The notes beneath the pieces were generated by a model. That model searched no databases. It worked only from the letters and a program-made list of their open reading frames with translations, and was not told the origin of the DNA. The position numbers and the translations under genes are program-made. Positions 20,047 through 30,472 of a stretch of 64,000 bases of DNA are shown here, one piece after another (the first letter of the stretch is position 1; the number at the start of each line of letters is the position of its first letter). This stretch comes from Bdellovibrionota bacterium FG-1. GTDB lineage: Bacteria > Bdellovibrionota > UBA1018. Location of the stretch: NCBI GenBank assembly GCA_051382295.1, contig JBBCAW010000012.1:1-64000 (forward strand), read 5' to 3'.

Positions 20047-20982
20047 ATGCAAATGTTTAGGTATATCATCCTATTTTTTATTTTCGCACCGACACTTGCT
20101 CAGGCTGATATATCGACCCTTAATGTCCCTGAGTCGCCCTTCGATAGGGATGCCTGCCGCGAAGGGACTATTACCATTGATCCCCGTTTCATGCCCTTAG
20201 CTGCGAGTTGGATTGTGGATCTTCCGACTGAGTATCCACTCTTTCAGAAAGGGGATGTGGTTTGTGAGAATGGTGAGCATTTGTCCGGATCAGAAAGAAG
20301 GCCTTTCGTCTACAAAACCATTCCCATCTATCGACCGTATTTCGGGGTAGAAGTGGCCCCTAAACACATTCGAATTAAAAGGAATCCGAATGGCACCCCT
20401 GCCTTAGTGATCCATAAAAATTTATTCGGCAAATATGATTATGTGACCGTAGAGTTCGAATTAGGGGTTTTCGGTGAAGAAAGGAGAGCCCTCTATCGGG
20501 TGCTTCAGGCAAACAATGAGGCCTGGAATTACGTCAAGTTGCAAAGTGTTCGCATTTTCCCGATTGATCCAGCGTGGAACGCTGAGAAGGGCGTCATCGA
20601 GCAAAGTGATGTTTCACTATACAGTAGTTTTGAACAAGTGGACGTGGGTGCTTTTTCCGACTCGCCATTTAGGGAGGTCGACGCTGACATGGTGATGTGG
20701 TCAGGGAGTGTCTCATTTGTCACCAGTCGCAGCGGAACGGAACTGATGGCCCAAGTGATGAAGCACGGGCTTTTCAACTTTCCAATGGTGGCCCAGATAG
20801 AAATCAAAGCTGCGACTTTTCCAGATAGCGTTCCATCTAGAACCCCCAAATATAAAATTGCAACTTCGATCCATATGCTTTCAATGACAATTGCGGGAGG
20901 GCTTGCTTGTTCGAAGCGAAACTTTTGGGGGAATAGTCGCATCAGCAGTGCAAACGGGTGTGAGCATTATTGGGCAGACTGA
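20047..20982 (+). CDS. Secreted hypothetical protein, operon gene 4 (311 aa), paralog of gene 1
   Basis: GGAGG RBS, signal peptide ending AQA; shares the PK..R..NG.P..GK.Y..FE..E.R..L pattern with gene 1. Confidence 0.82.
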   Translation: MQMFRYIILFFIFAPTLAQADISTLNVPESPFDRDACREGTITIDPRFMPLAASWIVDLPTEYPLFQKGDVVCENGEHLSGSERRPFVYKTIPIYRPYFGVEVAPKHIRIKRNPNGTPALVIHKNLFGKYDYVTVEFELGVFGEERRALYRVLQANNEAWNYVKLQSVRIFPIDPAWNAEKGVIEQSDVSLYSSFEQVDVGAFSDSPFREVDADMVMWSGSVSFVTSRSGTELMAQVMKHGLFNFPMVAQIEIKAATFPDSVPSRTPKYKIATSIHMLSMTIAGGLACSKRNFWGNSRISSANGCEHYWAD

Positions 20983-21000
20983 TTTGCAGGCGTGGTATTC

Positions 21001-21174
21001 ATGGCGCTGGCTCTTTTAACTGCTTACACGGATAAAATTCGTTCTCTGGTCAAGGCTGGGAAACTTCTTGTTCGTACTACGCACATCGAACAGGAGCGCA
21101 GGCATCGCGAGATCAGCCGTTTCCATGTGGAGCAGGTATTGGCGAGCGGAAAGGTACTCAGCGAAGGATTGTAG
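21001..21174 (+). pseudogene. Truncated DUF4258-like putative toxin
   Basis: TTHIEQERRHREISRFHVEQVLASGKVLSE resembles the DUF4258 N-terminus; stops after ~57 aa; lies directly upstream of a YgiT-type antitoxin. Confidence 0.55.
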
Positions 21175-21208
21175 TTGTAAAGGAGTAATGTAACGGAGGG
21201 TTAAACTC

Positions 21209-21697
21209 ATGAAGTGCTTGGAATGTGAAAATGGCGTTATGAAGCAGCAAAAGATAACCGATGTCGTCACGATCAATGGCGGCGTTGAGTTGAAGATCAA
21301 GGGCGTTCCTGTCCTAAGGTGTTCCAAGTGCGGCGATGTTTTGATGGACTCCATGGCCATAGCTCGCACGAAGCACCTGGCGCTGGAAGCCTTGGTTAGC
21401 CATTACGCCAAGACGCTCGAAATCCCTGGCAAGGTAGCCCACTGGATGAGAGATGCCATCGGCCTGACCGTGGTGGATCTGGCCAAAAAGTCCAAACTCA
21501 GTTCTTCGGCGCTGAGTAAGGCGGCAGAACGTAACACGATCCTTGATCGTTTCGCGGCTATGACCCTCCTTTGCCTCGTGGTTGACCATATTACGGGTAC
21601 AAAAAAGGCGTCGGGCATTCTTGAATCCACGCAGCATCTTGAGAAGTTGGTGAATCAAAGGGATGCACGGACCGTGGAATTGAGCTTGTCCGCGTAA
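21209..21697 (+). CDS. YgiT/MqsA-type Zn-finger plus HTH antitoxin
   Basis: MKCLEC...IKGVPVLRCSKCGD zinc ribbon followed by an Xre-like HTH (MRDAIGLTVVDLAKK..LS.SALSK.A). Confidence 0.85.
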   Translation: MKCLECENGVMKQQKITDVVTINGGVELKIKGVPVLRCSKCGDVLMDSMAIARTKHLALEALVSHYAKTLEIPGKVAHWMRDAIGLTVVDLAKKSKLSSSALSKAAERNTILDRFAAMTLLCLVVDHITGTKKASGILESTQHLEKLVNQRDARTVELSLSA

Positions 21698-21698
21698 G
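21575..21698 (+). repeat. Right copy of the 124-bp direct repeat
   Basis: Matches 16333-16456; ends 1 nt after the antitoxin stop codon. Confidence 0.95.
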
Positions 21699-21729
21699 TT
21701 ATTGATTTTATTTATTAATATGGCGTAAA

Positions 21730-21805
21730 TGGTGGCTTGGGACGGAATCGAACCGCCGACACACGCCTTTTCAGGGCGCTGCTCTACCGACTGAGCTACC
21801 AAGCC
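21730..21805 (-). tRNA. tRNA-Phe(GAA)
   Basis: Full 76-nt cloverleaf GGCTTGG...GCGCC CTGAAAA GGCGT...GGTTCGATTCC...CCAAGCC ACCA. Confidence 0.97.
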
Positions 21806-21901
21806 ATACTTGAAGTAAAAGAGACAGAGATTCCCTAGGTATGCGATCTTCGGGCAAAAGGCAACTGCCTATTTCCGTTTCGATGAAGGCGGTGCATTAA
21901 G

Positions 21902-23707
21902 TTATTTCTTCGCAGCTTGAATGGCTATTTCTGCGACTACCTCTGCGCTTTGAATGGCACCGGTTGCGTTGAATTGAGTGCCTGAATCAGCCGAAAAATG
22001 CAGGGTAGGTACACCCAACTTCGAGAGTGCAACTGCGATTTCAGGTTTTTGCTCCCGTCCTTTTTCGCCACAGTCTAAGCGAGCTTTCATACAGACCGTT
22101 TCAGTGGTCATTACCCATTTTTTTGCAGCGGTACTTCCGGTGCTTTCAAAAATCTTGAGGTGGTTATTTTCCATTTTGTCCACCCGGCCCAAAAGTAGGA
22201 TGGCTTTGGGTTTGGTTTTCTGAGTCTTCAAAAAGGGCACAAACTCCGGGGTTAATTCCGCAAAGACATAACACGCATGCTGATTAAGTTCCTTGGACTG
22301 AGTCAGGTTTCGTGCGACCTCGAGTAAAGCAGCCATTGCAGAAGGTTCCATCGTAGCGCCAATCACGATTGGATTTTTCTTTTTCCCACAATATTTTCCC
22401 AATTTTCCGAGGACGTTATTCACAGGCTCACTGAGCCCTAGGGACTTAAATTGTTCGATTAAAAATGCACGAGTGGTGGCTTCATTCATTTCAGGAGCCT
22501 TTAGTTTCTCGGCTGTCGCCGCGAAACGATCCGCTGGATTTTCATTCGTGATACTGAGAGTACGCATCGGAGTTTCCGCCCAGTCGGCGACAAAAACGTT
22601 GGTTTCATGTGCCGTAGTTGCATTTCGGTTCGACGAAAATGCCAGCGACTTTCCATCTGGAGAAAACATGGGAAAGCTGTCGAACGTGTCTGAATAGGTA
22701 ACTCGTTCCAGACGGGTTCCGTCCGTGTGAATCATATAAAGGTCAAATTTTCGTCCACGAGGGTCTCTCGGATTGGCTGCAAAGAGGACACTTTTGCCGT
22801 CGGGAGTAAAGGCCGGAGCAAAACTTGCCACCGCCGTTCGAGTGACTTGATGCGCATGAGTTCCGTCGACATTGGCAACCCAGATTTCGAGTTCACCTGG
22901 TTTGATGAGGTGGTCACCCAGTAGTCGTCGATATTGGTCCGCTTCGGATTCACCCTTGGTCGAAACCCCTTCACGCGGTCGTGAAGCGCGCCAGGCAATT
23001 TGTTTGCAGTCTGGCGAAAATACCGCTCCTCCGTCATACCCTAAAGTGTGCGTGATTCGCTTAACGTCCGCGAGAGTTCCAAAATGGTCGATTTTTCCAG
23101 TAAATAAGTCGAGATCTCCATCTCGGTCACTGGTAAAGACCACGCTCCCATCCGCGCAAAAAGTCGCTTCAGCATTGTAGGCTCTGGGTGCGCCTGGTTC
23201 AAAGGGTACGAGGTCGCTTCCATCGGGCTTGACCGAATAGATCATGTAGCTTGGGAAAACGGGCCAGACATAACCTTTGCTCATATCCGGCGGAGGCGGG
23301 CATGCCTCGAGAGTGGCGAAGGTGCTGCTGAATACGACACGTTGATCACCGGGCTCAAAAAAAGCGCAAGTGGTGCGCCCTTTACCATTCGAGAGCATCT
23401 TTAGATTCGAACCATCGGTTGCATTCATCGAATAAATTTGATCGCACGCAGGTCCAGGTTTTCCTTCGAACTTTCCAATAAATTGGCCGGAGTGCTGAAA
23501 TGAGAGGGTTTTTCCATCGAAGGACCAATAAGCTTCAGCATTGGTACCCCCATGGGTGAGTTGGCGAATTTGATTGAAGTGAGCTTCGTTAGGAAATCGA
23601 AGAGGGGACGATTCCTGTTTGGAAGCCGGCGAATGTGAACACGCCACCATAAAAACCGAATAGAGAACTGTCCAAAGGAGAGGGAGTTGAGTAGATGGGT
23701 TGCGCAT
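21902..23707 (-). CDS. TolB-like PD40 beta-propeller lipoprotein with a degenerate M28-like C-terminal domain
   Basis: Lipobox MVAC; NAEAYWSFDG, GYDGGAVFSPD, FDSFPMFSPDG repeats; C-terminal IVIGA...AALLEVAR. Confidence 0.82.
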   Translation of the reverse strand: MRNPSTQLPLLWTVLYSVFMVACSHSPASKQESSPLRFPNEAHFNQIRQLTHGGTNAEAYWSFDGKTLSFQHSGQFIGKFEGKPGPACDQIYSMNATDGSNLKMLSNGKGRTTCAFFEPGDQRVVFSSTFATLEACPPPPDMSKGYVWPVFPSYMIYSVKPDGSDLVPFEPGAPRAYNAEATFCADGSVVFTSDRDGDLDLFTGKIDHFGTLADVKRITHTLGYDGGAVFSPDCKQIAWRASRPREGVSTKGESEADQYRRLLGDHLIKPGELEIWVANVDGTHAHQVTRTAVASFAPAFTPDGKSVLFAANPRDPRGRKFDLYMIHTDGTRLERVTYSDTFDSFPMFSPDGKSLAFSSNRNATTAHETNVFVADWAETPMRTLSITNENPADRFAATAEKLKAPEMNEATTRAFLIEQFKSLGLSEPVNNVLGKLGKYCGKKKNPIVIGATMEPSAMAALLEVARNLTQSKELNQHACYVFAELTPEFVPFLKTQKTKPKAILLLGRVDKMENNHLKIFESTGSTAAKKWVMTTETVCMKARLDCGEKGREQKPEIAVALSKLGVPTLHFSADSGTQFNATGAIQSAEVVAEIAIQAAKK

Positions 23708-23773
23708 GTCTATAGACGTGACACGACTTGAAGCGAATCTCAACCCATCTTAATCAATTAGGGTTGAGCTTAA

Positions 23774-24133
23774 TTAGAATTCAGGTGGCGCATTTTCTAT
23801 TTCTGATTTCTTGTCTAACTGACTGAGAATTTCTTGGAGTTCTTTGATGGTATGAATCCGATAGTCGTAAGCGCGGCCATGGCGTTGAATTAGGGTTTCG
23901 ACAAGTTTGAGTCGCTGCGCCAAAGGTTCGACTTGGCCCACCGGCACAGGATCATAGGGTTGGGTCGCATGGTTTAAATTATCCGATTCGAGTGAAGAAT
24001 AGATTTCTCGCGCAATGGGCGGTGTCTTTTTGGTGATACGAGGTCCTTTAGCGGCCCAGGTGGATGACGGCAAAGTGATTGAAAACAATAGAAATATCAG
24101 GGCTCTATATGTTTGACTGCGTGTGGTTATCAT
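23774..24133 (-). CDS. Small secreted hypothetical protein
   Basis: GAAGGAG RBS, signal peptide, 119 aa. Confidence 0.7.
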   Translation of the reverse strand: MITTRSQTYRALIFLLFSITLPSSTWAAKGPRITKKTPPIAREIYSSLESDNLNHATQPYDPVPVGQVEPLAQRLKLVETLIQRHGRAYDYRIHTIKELQEILSQLDKKSEIENAPPEF

Positions 24134-24232
24134 CGTTCACTCCTTCGTGAAGCGATGTATTGATATTATATTAGATCTAAATAGTCAAGTACTGTTTTAG
24201 GCATATTTTTGCGAAAATCTTCGGTTCTAACG

Positions 24233-24261
24233 TTGACATCTCAGGGGGGGTGACCAATATA
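24233..24261 (+). promoter_or_regulatory. Putative heat-shock (RpoH-like) promoter of groESL
   Basis: GTTG-N18-CCAATATA upstream of groES; no CIRCE repeat seen. Confidence 0.5.
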
Positions 24262-24313
24262 CGAACGTGCATTACCAACGTTTAAACTAAACCATTTCGG
24301 GAGTTTGAGATTT

Positions 24314-24604
24314 ATGCAAGTTCGTCCGTTACATGACCGTGTATTAGTCAAGCGCTTTAACGAAGAAGAGCGCTCCAAGGGTGGGATCATCATCCCGGAC
24401 ACTGCTAAAGAAAAGCCCGTCCAGGGTGAAGTGATTGCAGTGGGCCAGGGCCGCGTTTCCGAAGATGGAAAGCTTCGTCCTCTTGATGTCAAGAAGGGTG
24501 ATCGCGTTCTTTTCGGCAAATATGCCGGCACTGAAATTAAAATTGATGGCGATGAATTTTTGATGATGCGCGAGGAAGATATCCTCGGCGTTCTCGCTCA
24601 TTGA
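24314..24604 (+). CDS. groES: Co-chaperonin GroES
   Basis: [33 protein letters not shown]. Confidence 0.98.
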   Translation: MQVRPLHDRVLVKRFNEEERSKGGIIIPDTAKEKPVQGEVIAVGQGRVSEDGKLRPLDVKKGDRVLFGKYAGTEIKIDGDEFLMMREEDILGVLAH

Positions 24605-24634
24605 TTTTATTTAATACTTAAAAGAGGAATTTAA

Positions 24635-26296
<1,662 letters not shown>

Positions 26297-26340
26297 TTCA
26301 ACGGGCACCCGTTGAGTTCATTAGCTCATCCTAAAAAGTA

Positions 26341-26380
26341 AAAAGGGCTCTGGGATTTTGGTCCCAGGGCCCTTTGCTTT
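26341..26380 (+). terminator. Terminator-like hairpin after groEL
   Basis: AAAGGGCTCTGGGA-loop-TCCCAGGGCCCTTT; a second short hairpin lies at 26298-26315. Confidence 0.7.
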
Positions 26381-26397
26381 ATGCTAAATTCTACGCG

Positions 26398-27261
26398 ATG
26401 GACTCAAAATGGCTGAAATGTATTTCTGCGCATAGCAATATTCGGGGTGTAGCCATTCAAGCTACTGATCTCATTCAGCAAATGACGCAGATGCATGGAC
26501 TCACGGGTGACAGTGCTTGCCGTCTAGGTGAAGCCGTCATGGGCGCTTTGCTCTTGGCTTCGTATTGCAAGGAGGGTGAGCGAATCAATCTGAATGTCCG
26601 TGGTTCTAAACGGATTAGACAGGCCTTAGTCGATGCGCATCCAGATGGGACAGTTCGTGGGTACGTCATAGAAAATCAGGAGATTCCTTCCGAGAGTCTT
26701 CCAGGCGACGATTCCGGACCCTGGGGAGAAGGGGTTTTGTCGGTTCTGCGGACTAAGACCTCCGAAAAACAAATGCCCTATATTGGCACTGTGCCGCTAG
26801 TGGCGGGCCATTTGGCTAAAGATTTGACTTTTTATTGGCATCAGAGCGAACAGATCCCTTCGGCGGTCGGACTAGCCGTGGTGTTAGAGGACGGGAAGGT
26901 TAAGGCGGCAGGTGGTTTTTTGGTTCAGGTTTTACCTGGCGCAACGCCTGAAGAAATTAAGGCGGTTGAAGAGCATATTCATGAAATTCATTCGTTGGCT
27001 GAGGCCGTGGCCAATCATGGGGAGCCTAATTTTTTACTGTCGCAGATTTTTCAGGGCGGGATTTTCATGCTTTTGGAAGAAAAAAAGCTTGAATTTCAGT
27101 GTAGCTGCTCCTCAGAGCGCGTTAGGCGCGCGTTAGCATTAGTGGGCAAGGAAGAGCTTCAAGCGATCTTGAAAGAGGAAGGATCAACGTCAGTGCGCTG
27201 TGATTTTTGTACTCAGGAATACCAGGTGAGTCGGGAACAACTTGAAGGGATGATGATATGA
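26398..27261 (+). CDS. hslO: Redox-regulated chaperone Hsp33
   Basis: QSEQIPSAVGL, AAGGFLVQVLPGA, CSCS and CDFC zinc motifs. Confidence 0.95.
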   Translation: MDSKWLKCISAHSNIRGVAIQATDLIQQMTQMHGLTGDSACRLGEAVMGALLLASYCKEGERINLNVRGSKRIRQALVDAHPDGTVRGYVIENQEIPSESLPGDDSGPWGEGVLSVLRTKTSEKQMPYIGTVPLVAGHLAKDLTFYWHQSEQIPSAVGLAVVLEDGKVKAAGGFLVQVLPGATPEEIKAVEEHIHEIHSLAEAVANHGEPNFLLSQIFQGGIFMLLEEKKLEFQCSCSSERVRRALALVGKEELQAILKEEGSTSVRCDFCTQEYQVSREQLEGMMI

Positions 27262-28112
27262 AGAATTGGCAATCGTACTTGGGGATTTTGGTCGTTCTGA
27301 CTTCGTTTTTCCAAATGGACCTCGCTCAGGCGGCAAAAAAGGCCAAAGCCAAATCGAAGGCTCAGGTTGAGACTAAGACCAAGTCCAATGGCCCGGTGAT
27401 TGAGTCCTTGTTGGGAGCAAATTCGATTGAAGTGGCGAGTACCAAGGGAAAGCGAAACGAAGCCGTGGGGGCAAAATTGGTCAAAGGAGATCAGCTTGAG
27501 ACCAATGCTTCGACGAGTTTGCGCTTGGTGTATGGAGACGGCACGCAACTGATGATTGGCCGTTCGTCGGGTGTGGAAATTTTGGGCGAAAAGTCCGCAG
27601 CTCAGTCGACTCATTTGGCTCATGGAGAGGTTCGCGCGATTGTAAAGCCCGAGACCAGTGGCAAGAAAAAGATCAAGTACGTCGTTCGTACTAAGACCAT
27701 GACCATGGGAGTGCGCGGAACCGATTTTTCGGTCAATACGGGAGCTGATGGTCAGTCCACTCAAATGCACACTTTGGATGGCCAAGTGGATGTCGCAAAG
27801 GATGAACAATCCGTTTTATCTGGAAAAGGGCTGGCGGTTAAGCGTGATCAATTTGTCGAGGCTACGGGTGGAAAGATATCCGTTCCAAAGACTTTTGATC
27901 GTGATCAATTTATGAATACGTTGAAGCAACGTCAGCCTGATCTTCCGGGTCTTGCCTCGCTTGCCCCGAAGTCGCAAGAAGAGCTTGAAAAGCTGAAGGG
28001 TAAGTTGCCGGGCGGGGGAGGGGCGTTACCTTCTGTGCCTTCGGTCCCATCTGTGCCGGAAATTCCAAAAGCCCCTGCTTTGCCTCAAGTACCCAACCCC
28101 TTCGGACATTAA
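27258..28112 (+). CDS. Secreted FecR-domain protein with Pro-rich tail
   Basis: Signal peptide, GDQLET, MGVRGTDF, LDGQVDV; (PSV)3 in the tail. Confidence 0.82.
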   Translation: MKNWQSYLGILVVLTSFFQMDLAQAAKKAKAKSKAQVETKTKSNGPVIESLLGANSIEVASTKGKRNEAVGAKLVKGDQLETNASTSLRLVYGDGTQLMIGRSSGVEILGEKSAAQSTHLAHGEVRAIVKPETSGKKKIKYVVRTKTMTMGVRGTDFSVNTGADGQSTQMHTLDGQVDVAKDEQSVLSGKGLAVKRDQFVEATGGKISVPKTFDRDQFMNTLKQRQPDLPGLASLAPKSQEELEKLKGKLPGGGGALPSVPSVPSVPEIPKAPALPQVPNPFGH

Positions 28113-28753
28113 TCCTGAATACGACTCAGGATAAAGATATCGTTATCGGGAATCATAAAAGCAACGGGTTCGCTTCTTCGAACTCTGATTTCCTTTGGTT
28201 TTTGTTCGCCTTTTGGGACCGAAATACTAAACGAAATGTTTCCTCCGGCTAAACCCCCAGTCGCAATGACGATGGCTCCATTGGTGACGTCCATTTTTTC
28301 GGAGAGTCGAAAGAAATCATTTTCCTCGTTAGATTCATTAAAAAAACCTCGGCATAAGTTGGATTGAAACAGGGACGTTTTATTACTTCCGGAAGGTAGC
28401 GCGGCTAAGCAGCTGAAGGTTCCTGAAGGTCCGGGAAGGATTGCCGAGGAAATGGGTGTTTCTGAGGTTTCGTTCACATTCAGCAAGGCTAATTGTTTAT
28501 CAAACCGAATGACCCAGATTTTGCTATGCAACCATCGCAAGCTCGTCTCGTCACCACCGTCAGACTCAACTGAACTGACCTGGTATAAGCCAATGTTTTG
28601 AGCCCCCAGGTCGAGCGGGGGCGGTAAAATGGGTCTTGTGTCGGCCAGGGCTAGGACTGAAAAAAATCGGGCCAAGATTGCTGATATGAGTGCCGCGAGT
28701 GCGAATGTTCCCATGGCTTTTCTATTGAGACGGTCAGCTTCATTCTTTGGCAT
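28109..28753 (-). CDS. Hypothetical exported or membrane protein
   Basis: ORF 28109-28840; likely ATG at 28753 with GAGGG RBS; N-terminal hydrophobic segment. Confidence 0.6.
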   Translation of the reverse strand: MPKNEADRLNRKAMGTFALAALISAILARFFSVLALADTRPILPPPLDLGAQNIGLYQVSSVESDGGDETSLRWLHSKIWVIRFDKQLALLNVNETSETPISSAILPGPSGTFSCLAALPSGSNKTSLFQSNLCRGFFNESNEENDFFRLSEKMDVTNGAIVIATGGLAGGNISFSISVPKGEQKPKEIRVRRSEPVAFMIPDNDIFILSRIQD

Positions 28754-28913
28754 ACAACATCCCTCATTTTTAAGGTCATGCCGGGGGAAGCAATTGTAGT
28801 GCCAGTGATTGAGTTTCGTAAGTAACTGAAAAGAAGGCAAAAGTTTTTGTCTGGCTTCGTTTTGGGTGGTCGTGCGTTTGGCAACTGTCTAATTCTTAGA
28901 CAGCGTGACAAAC

Positions 28914-28946
28914 AAAAAGCCCCCCCGTTTTTCAACAGGAGGGCTT
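28914..28946 (-). terminator. Rho-independent terminator of the clostripain gene
   Basis: Minus strand AAGCCCTCCTGTT-GAAA-AACGGGGGGGCTT-TTT. Confidence 0.8.
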
Positions 28947-28972
28947 AATAACGAAAGGACTAGGTATAGTTC

Positions 28973-30217
28973 TTAGTTCGTTTCTTGAAGGATGGACTGA
29001 AGCGCCTGGCCCCAATTCGTTTTCAGATTGAAATGCATCTTCTGATAGCGATTGGAGTAGCTCTGGTAGAGATCCTTCGAGCCCGGTAACCAGATGGCGA
29101 CCCCTTTGGCTTTGGAGTAGCGTGGGCTGGTTTGATTGGCGATGACAAACTCGTCGATGTTGTTACGAACCTGGCCAATCACATCAGCGTCGATGGTCCT
29201 GTTTCGTTCCACTAGAGTTAAAAAATCCCCGAGGTCGCCATAGTCCGAGTCCGTGAAGTATTGGGTCTCGTTGATGGCCGAAACCACCTTTTTACGACCA
29301 CCCACGTCCAGGTGTTGAAGTTTAGATCCTAATGCTGTGATGGATTCATTGAATGAACCCATCTTAGCGAGGTTAAAGGCCGAAAACGTAACGTCTTGGT
29401 TTCCATTGGATCCATTAGTATAGGACTTAACGTATTCAGTGGTGAGGATCTTGGCGATATCAGCTCCAGAAGCCGTTGGATTAGCGGTCCACCGTTTCAG
29501 AAGTGCGTCGTAAGGCCAGCCAGCAGCGGGTTCGACTTCTTCAGAGCCCACGAAATATTCAACGCTATCAGCCATTTCCCCGGCAACTTCCGCCATCGCC
29601 ATCAAACAGGCATCGCTGCCGTAGACGTCGATTTTGTGACCAATGACTTGGGCGGATTCGGCAAGTGCTTGGCCCAACTGCTCGGTCGTGATTGAGTTGC
29701 CTGAGTCATCATCCCAGCTGATATCCATCGGAAAGAAGGCCCGACCCGGTGAATTTGTAGCAAGATCTTGGAGCTGCATAGCATGCCAGCCACTTCCATG
29801 GTCCCAGATATTGAGAAAGTAATGTTTAGCGGGGTAGTTTGTTTGTGCCCATTTTACGAACTCGACGATATTTCGCCAATCACCCATATCGACTTTACCC
29901 ATGTCTTGAACTACGGGCGAAGTGACTTTTTTAGGATCATTGTCTTTTTTTACCAAAAGTCTTTTGGTCGAGCCGCCTTGGTTGCTTGCCCATTGGACAA
30001 CGATATTAACATCCTTGGTGGATCCAACCTGTTCCATTTGGTTGATATTAATCGCACCAAAGTGGTCCAGATTGTTATGTCCATTGAGGTAGACCAAAAA
30101 AGTCCATTCCTTCATCTCTTGCGAATCGGAGGCTTGGGCTTCTGAAACCGACCAGGGTGTTAAAGATATCGAACTCAGACTGAATACAGCTGAAAGAACG
30201 ATCAGAAAATTGCGCAT
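28973..30217 (-). CDS. Secreted clostripain-family (C11) cysteine peptidase
   Basis: EWTFLVYLNGHNNL, WDHGSGW (catalytic His), DACLM (catalytic Cys), GSEEVEP. Confidence 0.92.
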   Translation of the reverse strand: MRNFLIVLSAVFSLSSISLTPWSVSEAQASDSQEMKEWTFLVYLNGHNNLDHFGAININQMEQVGSTKDVNIVVQWASNQGGSTKRLLVKKDNDPKKVTSPVVQDMGKVDMGDWRNIVEFVKWAQTNYPAKHYFLNIWDHGSGWHAMQLQDLATNSPGRAFFPMDISWDDDSGNSITTEQLGQALAESAQVIGHKIDVYGSDACLMAMAEVAGEMADSVEYFVGSEEVEPAAGWPYDALLKRWTANPTASGADIAKILTTEYVKSYTNGSNGNQDVTFSAFNLAKMGSFNESITALGSKLQHLDVGGRKKVVSAINETQYFTDSDYGDLGDFLTLVERNRTIDADVIGQVRNNIDEFVIANQTSPRYSKAKGVAIWLPGSKDLYQSYSNRYQKMHFNLKTNWGQALQSILQETN

Positions 30218-30472
30218 CTTGCTCCTCCATGAGTGGCGCTACGGATCCTTCCGAAAAAAATAAATTGGATCCTAATGGGACTTCAACTTCGGGTAGTTCC
30301 CCTAAGAATAGCATGATCCAGGCCATCGACAATCCTCGCGTAAAAAAAAGATCCTGGCACCGGATAATCAACAGATTATTGTCGCTTTAAAGCATGGTAG
30401 TGTAAAAGTTACACCTTTTTAAGGGGTCATCCCGCATCATGCGCCGCTTGCCACACCGGGCAGAGGGCGGCT

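Larger units (their letters stand above)
16333..21707. mobile_element. tRNA-Phe-associated island of ~5.3 kb bounded by 124-bp direct repeats
   Basis: Flanking direct repeats, gene fragments, TA module, consensus IHF site at 21695-21707, position just past the tRNA 3' end; no integrase is visible. Confidence 0.7.

Noticed and set aside
24134..24313. CIRCE/HrcA operator upstream of groES
   Set aside because: No TTAGCACTC-N9-GAGTGCTAA; only a short TTAGATCTAA palindrome.
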